Source of the DNA: Chloroflexota bacterium
GTDB taxonomy: Bacteria; Chloroflexota; Anaerolineae; J036; Brachytrichaceae
Length of the DNA: 64,000 nt
Reading direction: 5' to 3'
Assembly: GCA_023488685.1 (NCBI GenBank)
Contig: JAMDDR010000084.1
Coordinates: 1,916 to 65,915 of the forward strand
Shown one piece after another: positions 44,732 through 53,262 of the stretch; the first letter of the stretch is position 1; every line of letters starts with the position of its first letter. The position numbers were made by a program, and so were the translations under genes. The notes under the pieces are model-generated. The model was not told the DNA's origin. It ran no database searches and worked only from the letters and a program-made list of their open reading frames with translations.

Positions 44732-44801
44732 TCCAAATTCGACAATCTCAAATCCCAAATCTCGATCCCCAAATCCCAAGTCCAAAATCTAAATTCCCAA
44801 A
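44732..44801. repeat. heptanucleotide-periodic degenerate tandem array (about 10 units, TCNNAAA-like)
   Basis: TCCAAAT TCGACAA TCTCAAA TCCCAAA TCTCGA TCCCCAAA TCCCAAG TCCAAAA TCTAAAT TCCCAAA. The array abuts the infA promoter -35. Confidence 0.85.
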
Positions 44802-44805
44802 TCGA

Positions 44806-44834
44806 TTGACCGTGATTTTACTGTCGCCTATAAT
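44806..44834 (+). promoter_or_regulatory. sigma-70-type promoter for infA
   Basis: TTGACC - 17 nt - TATAAT, ending 48 nt upstream of the infA ATG. Confidence 0.6.
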
Positions 44835-44882
44835 AACAATAACTTATCGGTTATTTATTCAAATCTATATTGAAAGGATCAA

Positions 44883-45158
44883 ATGGCACGAAACCAGAAG
44901 GACGAGTACAAACAGAAAGAAGGCATGATTGAGGTCGAAGGTGAGGTGGTAGAAGCCTTGCCGGGGACCATGTTCAAAGTCAGGATTGAGGGCGGGCACG
45001 AGGTGCTTACGACGCTAGCCGGCAAATTGCGCAAGTATTACATCCGCATTCTGCTCGGTGACCGCGTCAAAGTGGAGCTTTCTCCCTACGATCTCACCCG
45101 AGGTCGCATCACCTACCGCATGCATTCTAACCGGGGCGGTGGGCAAGCGATATCGTAA
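44883..45158 (+). CDS. infA: translation initiation factor IF-1
   Basis: The core [65 protein letters not shown] is canonical IF-1. The ORF adds 14 N-terminal and about 13 C-terminal residues. An alternative start is ATG 44925. Confidence 0.9.
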   Translation: MARNQKDEYKQKEGMIEVEGEVVEALPGTMFKVRIEGGHEVLTTLAGKLRKYYIRILLGDRVKVELSPYDLTRGRITYRMHSNRGGGQAIS

Positions 45159-45165
45159 GGCTGAT

Positions 45166-45196
45166 GTCCGGAGCAAATGCATCGTTCGCTCCGGAC
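45166..45196. terminator. 9-bp hairpin between convergent infA and prmA
   Basis: GTCCGGAGC - 13 nt - GCTCCGGAC. Confidence 0.45.
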
Positions 45197-45197
45197 G

Positions 45198-46106
45198 TTA
45201 ACCGTTCGCCCTGCAGATCAGGCAGACCCAATCCGTGATTTGATTGCGCTCGATCAGCGTCAACCCTGAGCGAGTGATGGCGGCGCTTACCTCATGGACT
45301 TGCGTGTCGAGGATGCCGGAGAAGATAAACTGTCTCCCCAGGCGCGCGAGGCCACTATCAAGCATGCGAACAATGACTCCAGCGAGGATATTCGCCACCA
45401 CCACGTCGTAGACACCGGTTGCCCGATCGAACGAGCCGTGCTCGATCGTGACGCGATTGCTGACCCCGTTCTGAGCGACGTTTTCACGGCCGGCTCGGAC
45501 GGCTTCTTCATCAGTGTCCACACCCAGGACTTCGTTGGCGCCGACCTTGGCGCCAATGATGGAGAGCACAGCCGATCCGCACCCAACATCCAGCAGTCGT
45601 GCACCTGGTTGCACTTGCTCCGCGATGGCTAATGCGCAGAGTTGGGTGGTGGGGTGGAGACCGGTGCCGAAAGCAAGGCCTGGATCGAGCGCGATGACGA
45701 TATCGCCCGGCTGCGGTTCGACGTCAATCCAGGAGGGACGGATGAGGATGTGGTTGCCGATACGCAGCGGCTTGAACGACACCTTCCATGCCTCCGCCCA
45801 ATCGGCCTGTGCGATGGACCGGTAGCTGGGCATGGGCACAGGTTGCACCAGATTGAGACAGCGCAATGCGTACTCGACGTTCTGCCGTCGCTCTTCGAGT
45901 GTCTTATCCATTGGCAGGTAGGCGCGTACGATGACGGGTCCGGTGACGGTTTCCTCCTCCCACCGATCGACCGCCCGATCGTATGAGTTCAACTGCTCGG
46001 CAGCGACGCCGCCTTCTACGTAGGGGAAAATAGCTTCGCTGATCGCTTCGGCAAGCTCGCTGCTGGTCTCGATGGAAAGTTCAAGCCACTGCTGGTTCGT
46101 TGTCAT
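45198..46106 (-). CDS. prmA: ribosomal protein L11 methyltransferase
   Basis: 302 aa with the PrmA N-domain, LLDVGCGSAVLSI and VVANILA. Confidence 0.85.
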   Translation of the reverse strand: MTTNQQWLELSIETSSELAEAISEAIFPYVEGGVAAEQLNSYDRAVDRWEEETVTGPVIVRAYLPMDKTLEERRQNVEYALRCLNLVQPVPMPSYRSIAQADWAEAWKVSFKPLRIGNHILIRPSWIDVEPQPGDIVIALDPGLAFGTGLHPTTQLCALAIAEQVQPGARLLDVGCGSAVLSIIGAKVGANEVLGVDTDEEAVRAGRENVAQNGVSNRVTIEHGSFDRATGVYDVVVANILAGVIVRMLDSGLARLGRQFIFSGILDTQVHEVSAAITRSGLTLIERNQITDWVCLICRANG

Positions 46107-46166
46107 TGTGCGTGGATTGTATCAATCATCCATCGTTTCGCTTCTGAAACACATCACGATCTACGA

Positions 46167-48281
46167 ATGACACCCAGTACAATACGTCTTATGACGACAG
46201 AGCGATATCCACCGTCATGCTACATCAACCGAGAATTGAGCTGGATCGAGTTCAACGAACGGGTTCTACGTGAGGCTGCTGATCCGACTCATCCGCTGCT
46301 GGAACGGGCGAAATTCCTCGCCATCTTTGCCACCAACCTCGATGAGTTCTTCATGATCCGCGTTTCGGGTTTAAAGAAGCAGATTGAAGCCGAGGTGGTC
46401 GACGTAACCCCGGATGGGAACACGCCCAACGCAACCTTAGACCACATCGTGGCAAAGTTGACGCCATTGCTGGTCGAGCACTCACGGGTGTGGAACGACG
46501 AGGTGAAGCCGCTGCTGTGTAGTCATGGTGTGTGTGTGCTCGGTTACGATGAACTAAACGAGGAGCAACGCACTCGCGCAATCAGATACTTCGATAGTGA
46601 GGTGTTCCCAGTCCTCACGCCACTGGCGTTTGACCCAGGCCATCCCTTCCCACATATCAGCAACTTAAGCCTCAACCTCGCCGTGGTGGTGCTGGATGAA
46701 AAAGGGCGTGAACGTTTTGCGAGGGTAAAGGTGCCGCCATCACTGCCGCGGTTGGTGCCACTCACCGATTGTCCGGATGACGAGTGCGGGCACTGCTTCG
46801 TGTGGCTGGATCAGGTGATAGCCGCCAATATTGCCGCGCTGTTTCCCGGGATGGCTGTGCAACGCACCTATGCCTTTCGCGTCACACGCGATACCGATAT
46901 TGAGATCCAGGAGGACGAAGCCGGCGACCTGCTATCGACCATCGAACGTGTGATGCAAGACCGCCGCTTCGGTTCGGTCGTGCGGCTGGAGATTGCCCAC
47001 GATATGCCCGACCGCGTGCGCGACATTTTGATTCAGAACCTCGAAATTGACCTGCGTGATGTCTACCGTGTGGATGGAACGCTCAGTCTGAGCAGCCTGA
47101 CGGAATTGCTGCGGCTGCCTCTCCCGAAGCTCAAGGATCCGCCATTCACTCCGCACCCGCCTTTTGTGCTGGCCGACAATGGTGAGGACGTCTTCAGTCT
47201 GGTCCGGCAGGGCGATATTCTGCTGCACCATCCGTATGACGCGTTTTCCCCAGTGGTGGACTTCATTAGTGCGGCGGCGCGCGATCCGCAGGTGCTGACG
47301 ATCAAGGTTACCCTGTACCGAGTTGGTGCGAATTCGCCCATCGTGCAGGCGTTGATCGAGGCGATTCAGAATGGAAAACAGGTCGCGGTCCTGGTTGAGC
47401 TGAAGGCTCGCTTTGACGAGGAGAATAATATACAGTGGGCCCGCGCATTGGAAGATGAGGGTGTGCACGTGGTCTATGGATTGCCAGGCCTGAAAGTACA
47501 CTGTAAGGTGGCGCTGGTCGTACGGCGCGAACATGATCGCATCCGCCGCTACGTGCACCTAAGCACCGGCAACTATAACGCGACCACTGCGCGCATTTAC
47601 ACCGACCTGGGCATATTCACCTGTCGAGACGATATTGGGGAGGATGCCTCGGATCTGTTCAACCTGCTGACGGGTTACTCGCGCCAGCGCGAATTCCGGC
47701 AGTTGTACGTCGCGCCGGTCAATCTGCGCAAGAGGTTGATCGACTTGATTGAACGCGAGATCGAGCTGCATAAACAGTACGGTGGTGGTCATCTCATCTT
47801 TAAGATGAACTCGCTGGTCGATCCGGCGATGATCAATGTGTTGTACTGCGCCTCGCAGGTTGGCATCAAGGTTGACCTCATCGCGCGCGGCATCTGTTGC
47901 CTGCGGCCGGGCATGTCTGGGATCAGCGATAACATCCGTGTGATTAGCATCGTAGGGCGCTTCCTGGAGCACAGCCGCGTATACTATTTCCGTAACAACG
48001 GCGACGAGGAACTGTTCGTCGGCAGTGCCGACCTGATGCCACGCAACCTGGATCGGCGCGTGGAGACGGTCTTTCCCATTCTCGATGCCGATCTGCGCAA
48101 CCGTGTGCGGGATGAAGTATTACTCCTACAGTTGCGCGACAATGTGAAGGCACGCGAACTCAACTCGGACGGTTCATATTGCCCCGTGGCATCCTGGCCA
48201 GGCGAGCCGCGCATCAATAGTCAAGAGGAGCTACTAAGAAGGGCGGGACAAATGGGTTATCTGTCCTATCTGCCACTATGA
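46167..48281 (+). CDS. ppk1: polyphosphate kinase 1
   Basis: 704 aa with YINRELSWIEFNERVL and two PLD-like HKD regions (VHCKVALVVRRE, LEHSRVYYF). Confidence 0.9.
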   Translation: MTPSTIRLMTTERYPPSCYINRELSWIEFNERVLREAADPTHPLLERAKFLAIFATNLDEFFMIRVSGLKKQIEAEVVDVTPDGNTPNATLDHIVAKLTPLLVEHSRVWNDEVKPLLCSHGVCVLGYDELNEEQRTRAIRYFDSEVFPVLTPLAFDPGHPFPHISNLSLNLAVVVLDEKGRERFARVKVPPSLPRLVPLTDCPDDECGHCFVWLDQVIAANIAALFPGMAVQRTYAFRVTRDTDIEIQEDEAGDLLSTIERVMQDRRFGSVVRLEIAHDMPDRVRDILIQNLEIDLRDVYRVDGTLSLSSLTELLRLPLPKLKDPPFTPHPPFVLADNGEDVFSLVRQGDILLHHPYDAFSPVVDFISAAARDPQVLTIKVTLYRVGANSPIVQALIEAIQNGKQVAVLVELKARFDEENNIQWARALEDEGVHVVYGLPGLKVHCKVALVVRREHDRIRRYVHLSTGNYNATTARIYTDLGIFTCRDDIGEDASDLFNLLTGYSRQREFRQLYVAPVNLRKRLIDLIEREIELHKQYGGGHLIFKMNSLVDPAMINVLYCASQVGIKVDLIARGICCLRPGMSGISDNIRVISIVGRFLEHSRVYYFRNNGDEELFVGSADLMPRNLDRRVETVFPILDADLRNRVRDEVLLLQLRDNVKARELNSDGSYCPVASWPGEPRINSQEELLRRAGQMGYLSYLPL

Positions 48282-49831
48282 ATACCATCATTGGACTTGA
48301 CATCGGCGGTACCAAGACCGCTGTGCTCGAAGGGACGTATCAGGCTGAGATCTTTCAAAGACGTGAGATACCCACACAGGCCAGCGACGCATTCGACGTG
48401 ACGTTCGAGCGCATCTGCGCCGAGATTGATGTCGTGCTCGACGCAGCGCGCCAGGCCGGTCATCACGTGGACGCCCTCAGCGTATCGATCGGTGGGCCGC
48501 TCAAGATAGGCGAGGGGATCATCCTGTCGCCCCCGCACCTGCCGAACTGGGTCAATGTGCCACTCAAGCGCCTGTTGGCGGATCACTACAGTTTGCCGGT
48601 TCACGTCGAACACGACGGTAACGCCGGCGCATTGGCGGAGCATTACTTTGGCGCGGGACGCACAGCCCAGAATGTCATCTTTCTCACCGCCGGCACTGGA
48701 CTCGGCGGTGGACTCATCTTAAACGGACGCATCTACCGTGGCGCGACGGACACGGCTGGCGAAGTGGGGCATATCCGTCTTGCGGACAGCGGCCCGGTCG
48801 AATACGGTAAAGCGGGTTCGTGGGAGGCGTTCTGCAGCGGTGCGGGCATGGTGAAACTGGCGCACGCGCTGTACCCTGGGCGTTGGCCGGAGTCGTTGAC
48901 TACCCGCGAGCTTGTCACGCAGGCGCTCGACGGCGACGAACAGGCCAGCCAGGTGATCCGCGAGTCGGGCCAGTGGTTGGGCCGCGGGCTGGCGATCCTG
49001 ATCGATACCCTCAACCCCGACGTGATCGTGCTGGGCAGCCTGGGTGGCGCACTGGGTGATTTATACCTGGAGCCGGCACGCGAGGTGGTTCGAATGGAGT
49101 GTCTGCCGCAACCCGTGGCTGCCTGCCGCATTGTGCCCGCAGCGTTGGGATCTCGCCTGGGTGATGTGGCTGCGCTCATGGCTGCTATTAGTGCTGTTGA
49201 GACGGGTGAAGTGCAGCAGTTGTCTGGGGCAGCCAGTTTATCGTCTCCGGGCAAGGTGCCCGGAGAGGCCTCTGGTGCTTTTGCCGAGGCGCTCGCAGAC
49301 AGTCTGCGTGTGCAGGCCATGCTCGACGAGATCGCCGACGTCATCGAACGTTCTGCGATCGTGATCCGCCAGTCACTCCAGGAAGGGCACAAGGTGATCG
49401 TGTTCGGAAATGGCGGCAGTGCTGCGCAGGCACAGCACCTGGCTGGTGAGTTGGTTGGCAAGTTCGGGCCGGTGCGCAAGTCATTACCCTCCATTGCGCT
49501 GACTGCCGACTCGGGTGTGGTCACCTGCATCGCCAATGACTTCGGCTATGACCAGTTGTTTTCTCGCCAGGTGGAGGCATTTGCGCAGCCGGGTGATATT
49601 GCCATCGGCATCACGACCAGCGGCAAATCACCCAACGTGCTGCAGGCTCTCGATGTTGCGCGCGAACGGGGTGCAGTCACCATTGCAATGACGGGTGAGC
49701 GTGGACTGGTCGGTTCGCGCGCCGATTACATGGTGGCCGTGCCGAGCAACAGCACGGCGCGCATCCAGGAGGGTCACGCCTTCATCGTGCACTACTGGTG
49801 CGACGTGATCGACGCGGCATTTGTAAAGTGA
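48278..49831 (+). CDS. fusion protein: ROK-family sugar kinase (N-terminal) + SIS-domain phosphoheptose isomerase GmhA/DiaA-like (C-terminal)
   Basis: The N-terminus has IGLDIGGTKTA, DGNAGALAE, LTAGTGLGGGLI and GEVGH. The C-terminal ~190 aa has VFGNGGSAAQAQHLAGELVGKF, GITTSGKSPNVL and EGHAFIVH. The ATG overlaps the ppk1 stop (ATGA). Confidence 0.75.
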   Translation: MNTIIGLDIGGTKTAVLEGTYQAEIFQRREIPTQASDAFDVTFERICAEIDVVLDAARQAGHHVDALSVSIGGPLKIGEGIILSPPHLPNWVNVPLKRLLADHYSLPVHVEHDGNAGALAEHYFGAGRTAQNVIFLTAGTGLGGGLILNGRIYRGATDTAGEVGHIRLADSGPVEYGKAGSWEAFCSGAGMVKLAHALYPGRWPESLTTRELVTQALDGDEQASQVIRESGQWLGRGLAILIDTLNPDVIVLGSLGGALGDLYLEPAREVVRMECLPQPVAACRIVPAALGSRLGDVAALMAAISAVETGEVQQLSGAASLSSPGKVPGEASGAFAEALADSLRVQAMLDEIADVIERSAIVIRQSLQEGHKVIVFGNGGSAAQAQHLAGELVGKFGPVRKSLPSIALTADSGVVTCIANDFGYDQLFSRQVEAFAQPGDIAIGITTSGKSPNVLQALDVARERGAVTIAMTGERGLVGSRADYMVAVPSNSTARIQEGHAFIVHYWCDVIDAAFVK

Positions 49832-49883
49832 CACGATGGAATTGACCAGGGACACCTTTTCCCTGGTCAATCGTCATAGCAGG

Positions 49884-49968
49884 TAGGGCGGGTGGGACTC
49901 GAACCCACACGCTACTTTCGTAGCAGAAGATTTTAAGTCTCCGGCGTCTGCCATTTCGCCACCGCCCC
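49884..49968 (-). tRNA. tRNA-Leu (anticodon UAA), class II with a long variable arm
   Basis: Hand-folded from the minus strand: acceptor GGGGCGG/CCGCCCU (G1:U72); D arm GCG-AAAUGGCAGA-CGC; anticodon arm GGAGA-CUUAAAA-UCUUC; variable stem GCUAC-GAAA-GUAGC; T arm GUGGG-UUCGAGU-CCCAC; discriminator A. Confidence 0.85.
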
Positions 49969-50050
49969 GAGAATACCCTCGCGCGCGTTCGTCCTGCCGT
50001 GGCAGTTATGATCGCGTGTGAAAATTGTAGCACGGACGCAGCTAATTTCA

Positions 50051-51346
50051 ATGGAAGATCGACAAGCCGCATCGTTTACGGAATCCGATACAAAACCTTC
50101 GCTGCGCAACTTCTTGGCATTGGTGGCCGAAAAGGCCTGTTTCATCCTTGCCATGTCGTTGGCCGGCCCTTTCACGGTACTGACGGCGCTCGCTACGCAA
50201 CTGACCACTTCGACGGTTGTGATTGGGTCGGTCACGACGGTGTGGAATGGTGCGCTTTTTGCTCCGGTGATGCTCATCGCGCGCTGGATTCGTGGGCACC
50301 CCGAGCGCATGCCCATCATCCGGCGCGCGACGCTGGTGCGAGGCATGGCGTTTCCGCTGGTTGCCGTGTGGCTCTTTCTGACGCATGCGCAGAATCTCAC
50401 CCTGACGCTGGCAGTGCTGCTCATTGGGATGCTGATGTTCTGCGTCGCCGACGGTTTTGTGGCGGTGCCGTACGTCGATGTCATTGCGCGCGTGCTCACG
50501 TCGCGCGAACGGGCGCGCATGGTGTGGCAAGGTTTGCTCTTGGGCGGTGTACTGAGTATCGCCGGCAGTCTGGCTGTGCAGTACATTCTGACGCCTGGCG
50601 TGGTTGCATTTCCGTTCAACTTCGGCGTTTTACTGGCATTCGCCGGTGTGTTCTTTCTTTCAGCAGGGCTGGCGTTGCGGTTCATCCCGGAAGCCGATGT
50701 GCAGGCGATGCGGCCGCACCAGGTGCTCGTGGATGGATCGACCGGCCCACGTCGTGCGCACGACATTGTCCGGCAGGATGCGGCTTTTCGCCGTATGTTG
50801 TTGACACGTCTTCTGACAGGTGCAGATCAGATGGCGTTTCCGTTCTACACGGTGTTCGCGCTCAATGTATTGCACCTGTCGCCTGAATCGGTGGGCGTGT
50901 TTGTTGGTGCACAGACACTCGGCTCTTTGATAGGCCCGGCTGTGTTCGGGCGGGTGGCGGAACGATCCGGCCCACAACGGGTCATACAGCTTTCGGCGTT
51001 TATGCAATGTCTGGCACCCTTGCTAGGCTTGTTGTTTACGCTGGCATTAGGAGCTCATCCTTCACTCAGCCTGGGCATTGCCGGCGCGTTCGTCGTGGCG
51101 GGATTGAGCATGAGCAGTATGTCGCTCGGTTACTTCAACTACCCGCTGGATTGGTGTCCCGACCATGATCGCCCCACCTACGTTGGGTTGCTGAGCCTTG
51201 CCGGTGCAGCGCTCATGCTTGCACCGGTTCTCGGCGGCTTCATCGTCCAATATGTGTCCTATGCAGCGCTCTTTGCCATGACGGCTTTCCTGGTCGGCGC
51301 GGGTGTGCTGGTCAGTCTGACATTGCCGGATAAGCGATCTCACTAG
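50051..51346 (+). CDS. MFS-type transporter
   Basis: About 12 hydrophobic segments. The start was set to ATG 50051 (MEDRQ...); the longest ORF starts at 50018. Confidence 0.65.
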   Translation: MEDRQAASFTESDTKPSLRNFLALVAEKACFILAMSLAGPFTVLTALATQLTTSTVVIGSVTTVWNGALFAPVMLIARWIRGHPERMPIIRRATLVRGMAFPLVAVWLFLTHAQNLTLTLAVLLIGMLMFCVADGFVAVPYVDVIARVLTSRERARMVWQGLLLGGVLSIAGSLAVQYILTPGVVAFPFNFGVLLAFAGVFFLSAGLALRFIPEADVQAMRPHQVLVDGSTGPRRAHDIVRQDAAFRRMLLTRLLTGADQMAFPFYTVFALNVLHLSPESVGVFVGAQTLGSLIGPAVFGRVAERSGPQRVIQLSAFMQCLAPLLGLLFTLALGAHPSLSLGIAGAFVVAGLSMSSMSLGYFNYPLDWCPDHDRPTYVGLLSLAGAALMLAPVLGGFIVQYVSYAALFAMTAFLVGAGVLVSLTLPDKRSH

Positions 51347-51358
51347 GGCTGAGATTGC

Positions 51359-52366
51359 TCAGCGCAGGTCAATCATGTGTTCGAAAAGTTTACCTGTCTC
51401 CACGATGGTCACCGGCGCTTCGGTCGTCTGCTCTACTTTTGCGATCAGCGCCTTGATGGCCGGCGTCAATTGATCTGCCCCGGTAACACCTGTGATCTGA
51501 GGATCATAATGATCGCAGAACGTCAATGCGATCTCTGTCGGCCCATTCAACATCGCGGCATACCGCAGCATATCCCAGGGGATGCCCTCTGCTTTGCGGC
51601 GTAAACGCCCAGTGACCACCCCGTATTCTGCGATACCTCGGCGCCGGATCTCATCTGGGCTTATCTCACCCGGCAATGGCCCCGCGCCAACACGCGAAGG
51701 TACCGCTTTGACGACCATCACTGCTCCGCTCACCTTGCGCCAGTTGAGGCCAACGTCGTCGACCGCGGCAGCCACGGTGCAGTTGCCGGAGGTTACATAC
51801 GGATAATCCGGTGATAGGGCTAACGATGGATAAGTCCCCTGAGACGACTCGACGACGACCGTGTTCACACTGGCTTGTTCGTTCGCCAACTGCGCCACAT
51901 CCGCCAGGTATGGTTTGAGAACGTCGACATCTTTTGCCTGTTGGGCTTTGCGCAAGGCAAAGTCAGCCTGTGCCATACCTGATCCACTGGCCGTGGTGCC
52001 CACCGTTTGCACGAGGTGGGTATTATCGCGTTCCCGTTGGATATGCTCAGGGGTGATGATCGGGCACCGATAATCAACCTTGACGCGTTCCTGCAGATGG
52101 TAGCGCGTCACTTCATCGTTAAAAATGCGTGGGTCGACAGCGACACCCGATCCAACGGCAACCACGGTGGTGGGATGTAGAAAACCCAGGGGCAACTGGC
52201 GTGTGCGAATCGACTCTTCTGCAGTGAGATAAACACTGTGCCCGGCGTTCGTGCCTATGCCGGCACGCACACACAATGTTGCATTCTCACGCTGTGTGAG
52301 AAAAGCGGCCACTTTGCCTTTGCCAGAATCGCCCCAAAGTGCATCGACGACGATGATCGCTCCCAA
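51359..52366 (-). CDS. adenylosuccinate synthetase-like protein, short (archaeal-length) form
   Basis: 335 aa with ALWGDSGKGK (P-loop; canonical is GDEGKGK) and GTNAGHSV. TTG start with GAAGGAG 7 nt upstream. Confidence 0.6.
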   Translation of the reverse strand: MGAIIVVDALWGDSGKGKVAAFLTQRENATLCVRAGIGTNAGHSVYLTAEESIRTRQLPLGFLHPTTVVAVGSGVAVDPRIFNDEVTRYHLQERVKVDYRCPIITPEHIQRERDNTHLVQTVGTTASGSGMAQADFALRKAQQAKDVDVLKPYLADVAQLANEQASVNTVVVESSQGTYPSLALSPDYPYVTSGNCTVAAAVDDVGLNWRKVSGAVMVVKAVPSRVGAGPLPGEISPDEIRRRGIAEYGVVTGRLRRKAEGIPWDMLRYAAMLNGPTEIALTFCDHYDPQITGVTGADQLTPAIKALIAKVEQTTEAPVTIVETGKLFEHMIDLR

Positions 52367-52527
52367 GTTTGACTCCTTCTCAGTTCAAAGATTGTGATAA
52401 AAGCGGACTCATGAGAAAAAGAAATGGATGGCTTTACTGCCAGACTTAACCGCCAGAAGTTTACACCCACGGCGCAAGCTCATTGCGCACCTTCTCACGC
52501 GCCGACGTCACTACAATGAGTCGATGC

Positions 52528-52569
52528 AAAAAACCGGGATTCCGCCACTTAATGGCGGAATCCCGGTTT
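52528..52569 (-). terminator. rho-independent terminator of dps
   Basis: Perfect stem AAACCGGGATTCCGCCA / TGGCGGAATCCCGGTTT with a 5-nt loop, followed on the minus strand by TTTTTT. Confidence 0.8.
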
Positions 52570-52601
52570 CTCTAGAGTCACTGACGGTGCGTCAGGATAT
52601 C

Positions 52602-53093
52602 CTATGCTTGCAGGTGTGCCTCCAGGAACCACACCCACTTGTCCATATCGCGCGATATTTCTGTCAACAGGTCTGCGGTGTCGGCGTCGCCGGCCTCAGT
52701 CGCGATATTGATGGCTGCGCGCACGTTCTTTGCGACAAGCGCGTAACGCTCGACTAACGCGCTCACATGCTCCATGCCTTCAACTGCCTCGGTCGGATAC
52801 TCACTCACACGCGAAGCGGATGCCGACATACGGTTTGTGCCTGTGGCATAGCCGCCGAGCTCGGTCGTGCGCTCGGCGATGTCATCCACATAACCAATCA
52901 CTTCGCCGGCCAGCTTGTCAAACAACTCATGCAGAGCAATGAAATTTCGCCCTTTCACGTTCCAATGGGCTTGCTTGGTCTGGCTGTACAAATCACTCAT
53001 ATCGGCCAGGTTTTGATTGAGGAGCGTGATCATGTGCCCACGCACATCCATAGGTAAGTCATTACTGGTTTTAAAGGTTGTTAAAGTTGCCAT
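52602..53093 (-). CDS. dps: Dps family DNA-protection/ferritin-like protein
   Basis: QTKQAHWNVKGRNFIALHELFD and DDIAERTTELGG motifs. ATG 53093 has AAGGGGA 8 nt upstream. Confidence 0.85.
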   Translation of the reverse strand: MATLTTFKTSNDLPMDVRGHMITLLNQNLADMSDLYSQTKQAHWNVKGRNFIALHELFDKLAGEVIGYVDDIAERTTELGGYATGTNRMSASASRVSEYPTEAVEGMEHVSALVERYALVAKNVRAAINIATEAGDADTADLLTEISRDMDKWVWFLEAHLQA

Positions 53094-53262
53094 TTTAAAT
53101 TTCCCCTTTCGTTTATCGAAACGAAAAACGTTTGTTCTCATCACTCAGCTTCTATGTGTCCTCCCTCTGTCCCATTACCAATTGTTGTCGAATTGCTTAA
53201 TGCTGTCTGAGTGGAGGTTCAGCACTCTTTAAGGCGATCGATGCCTGACCCCACGTCCGGAC

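Noticed and set aside
49832-50050. An integrative element or prophage at tRNA-Leu.
   Set aside because: There is no integrase, no direct repeat of the tRNA 3' end, and no phage-like genes nearby. The flanking genes are ordinary metabolic and transport genes.
48733-50766. Long minus-strand ORFs (48733-49536, 267 aa; 49933-50766, 277 aa).
   Set aside because: They are antisense to the well-supported ROK::GmhA and MFS genes, low-complexity in composition, and one runs across the tRNA-Leu gene.
52367-52527. A purine riboswitch upstream of the PurA-like gene.
   Set aside because: I read the minus-strand leader and found only a small GCGCAA/TTGCGC hairpin. Nothing resembles the conserved purine-riboswitch junction or loop sequences.
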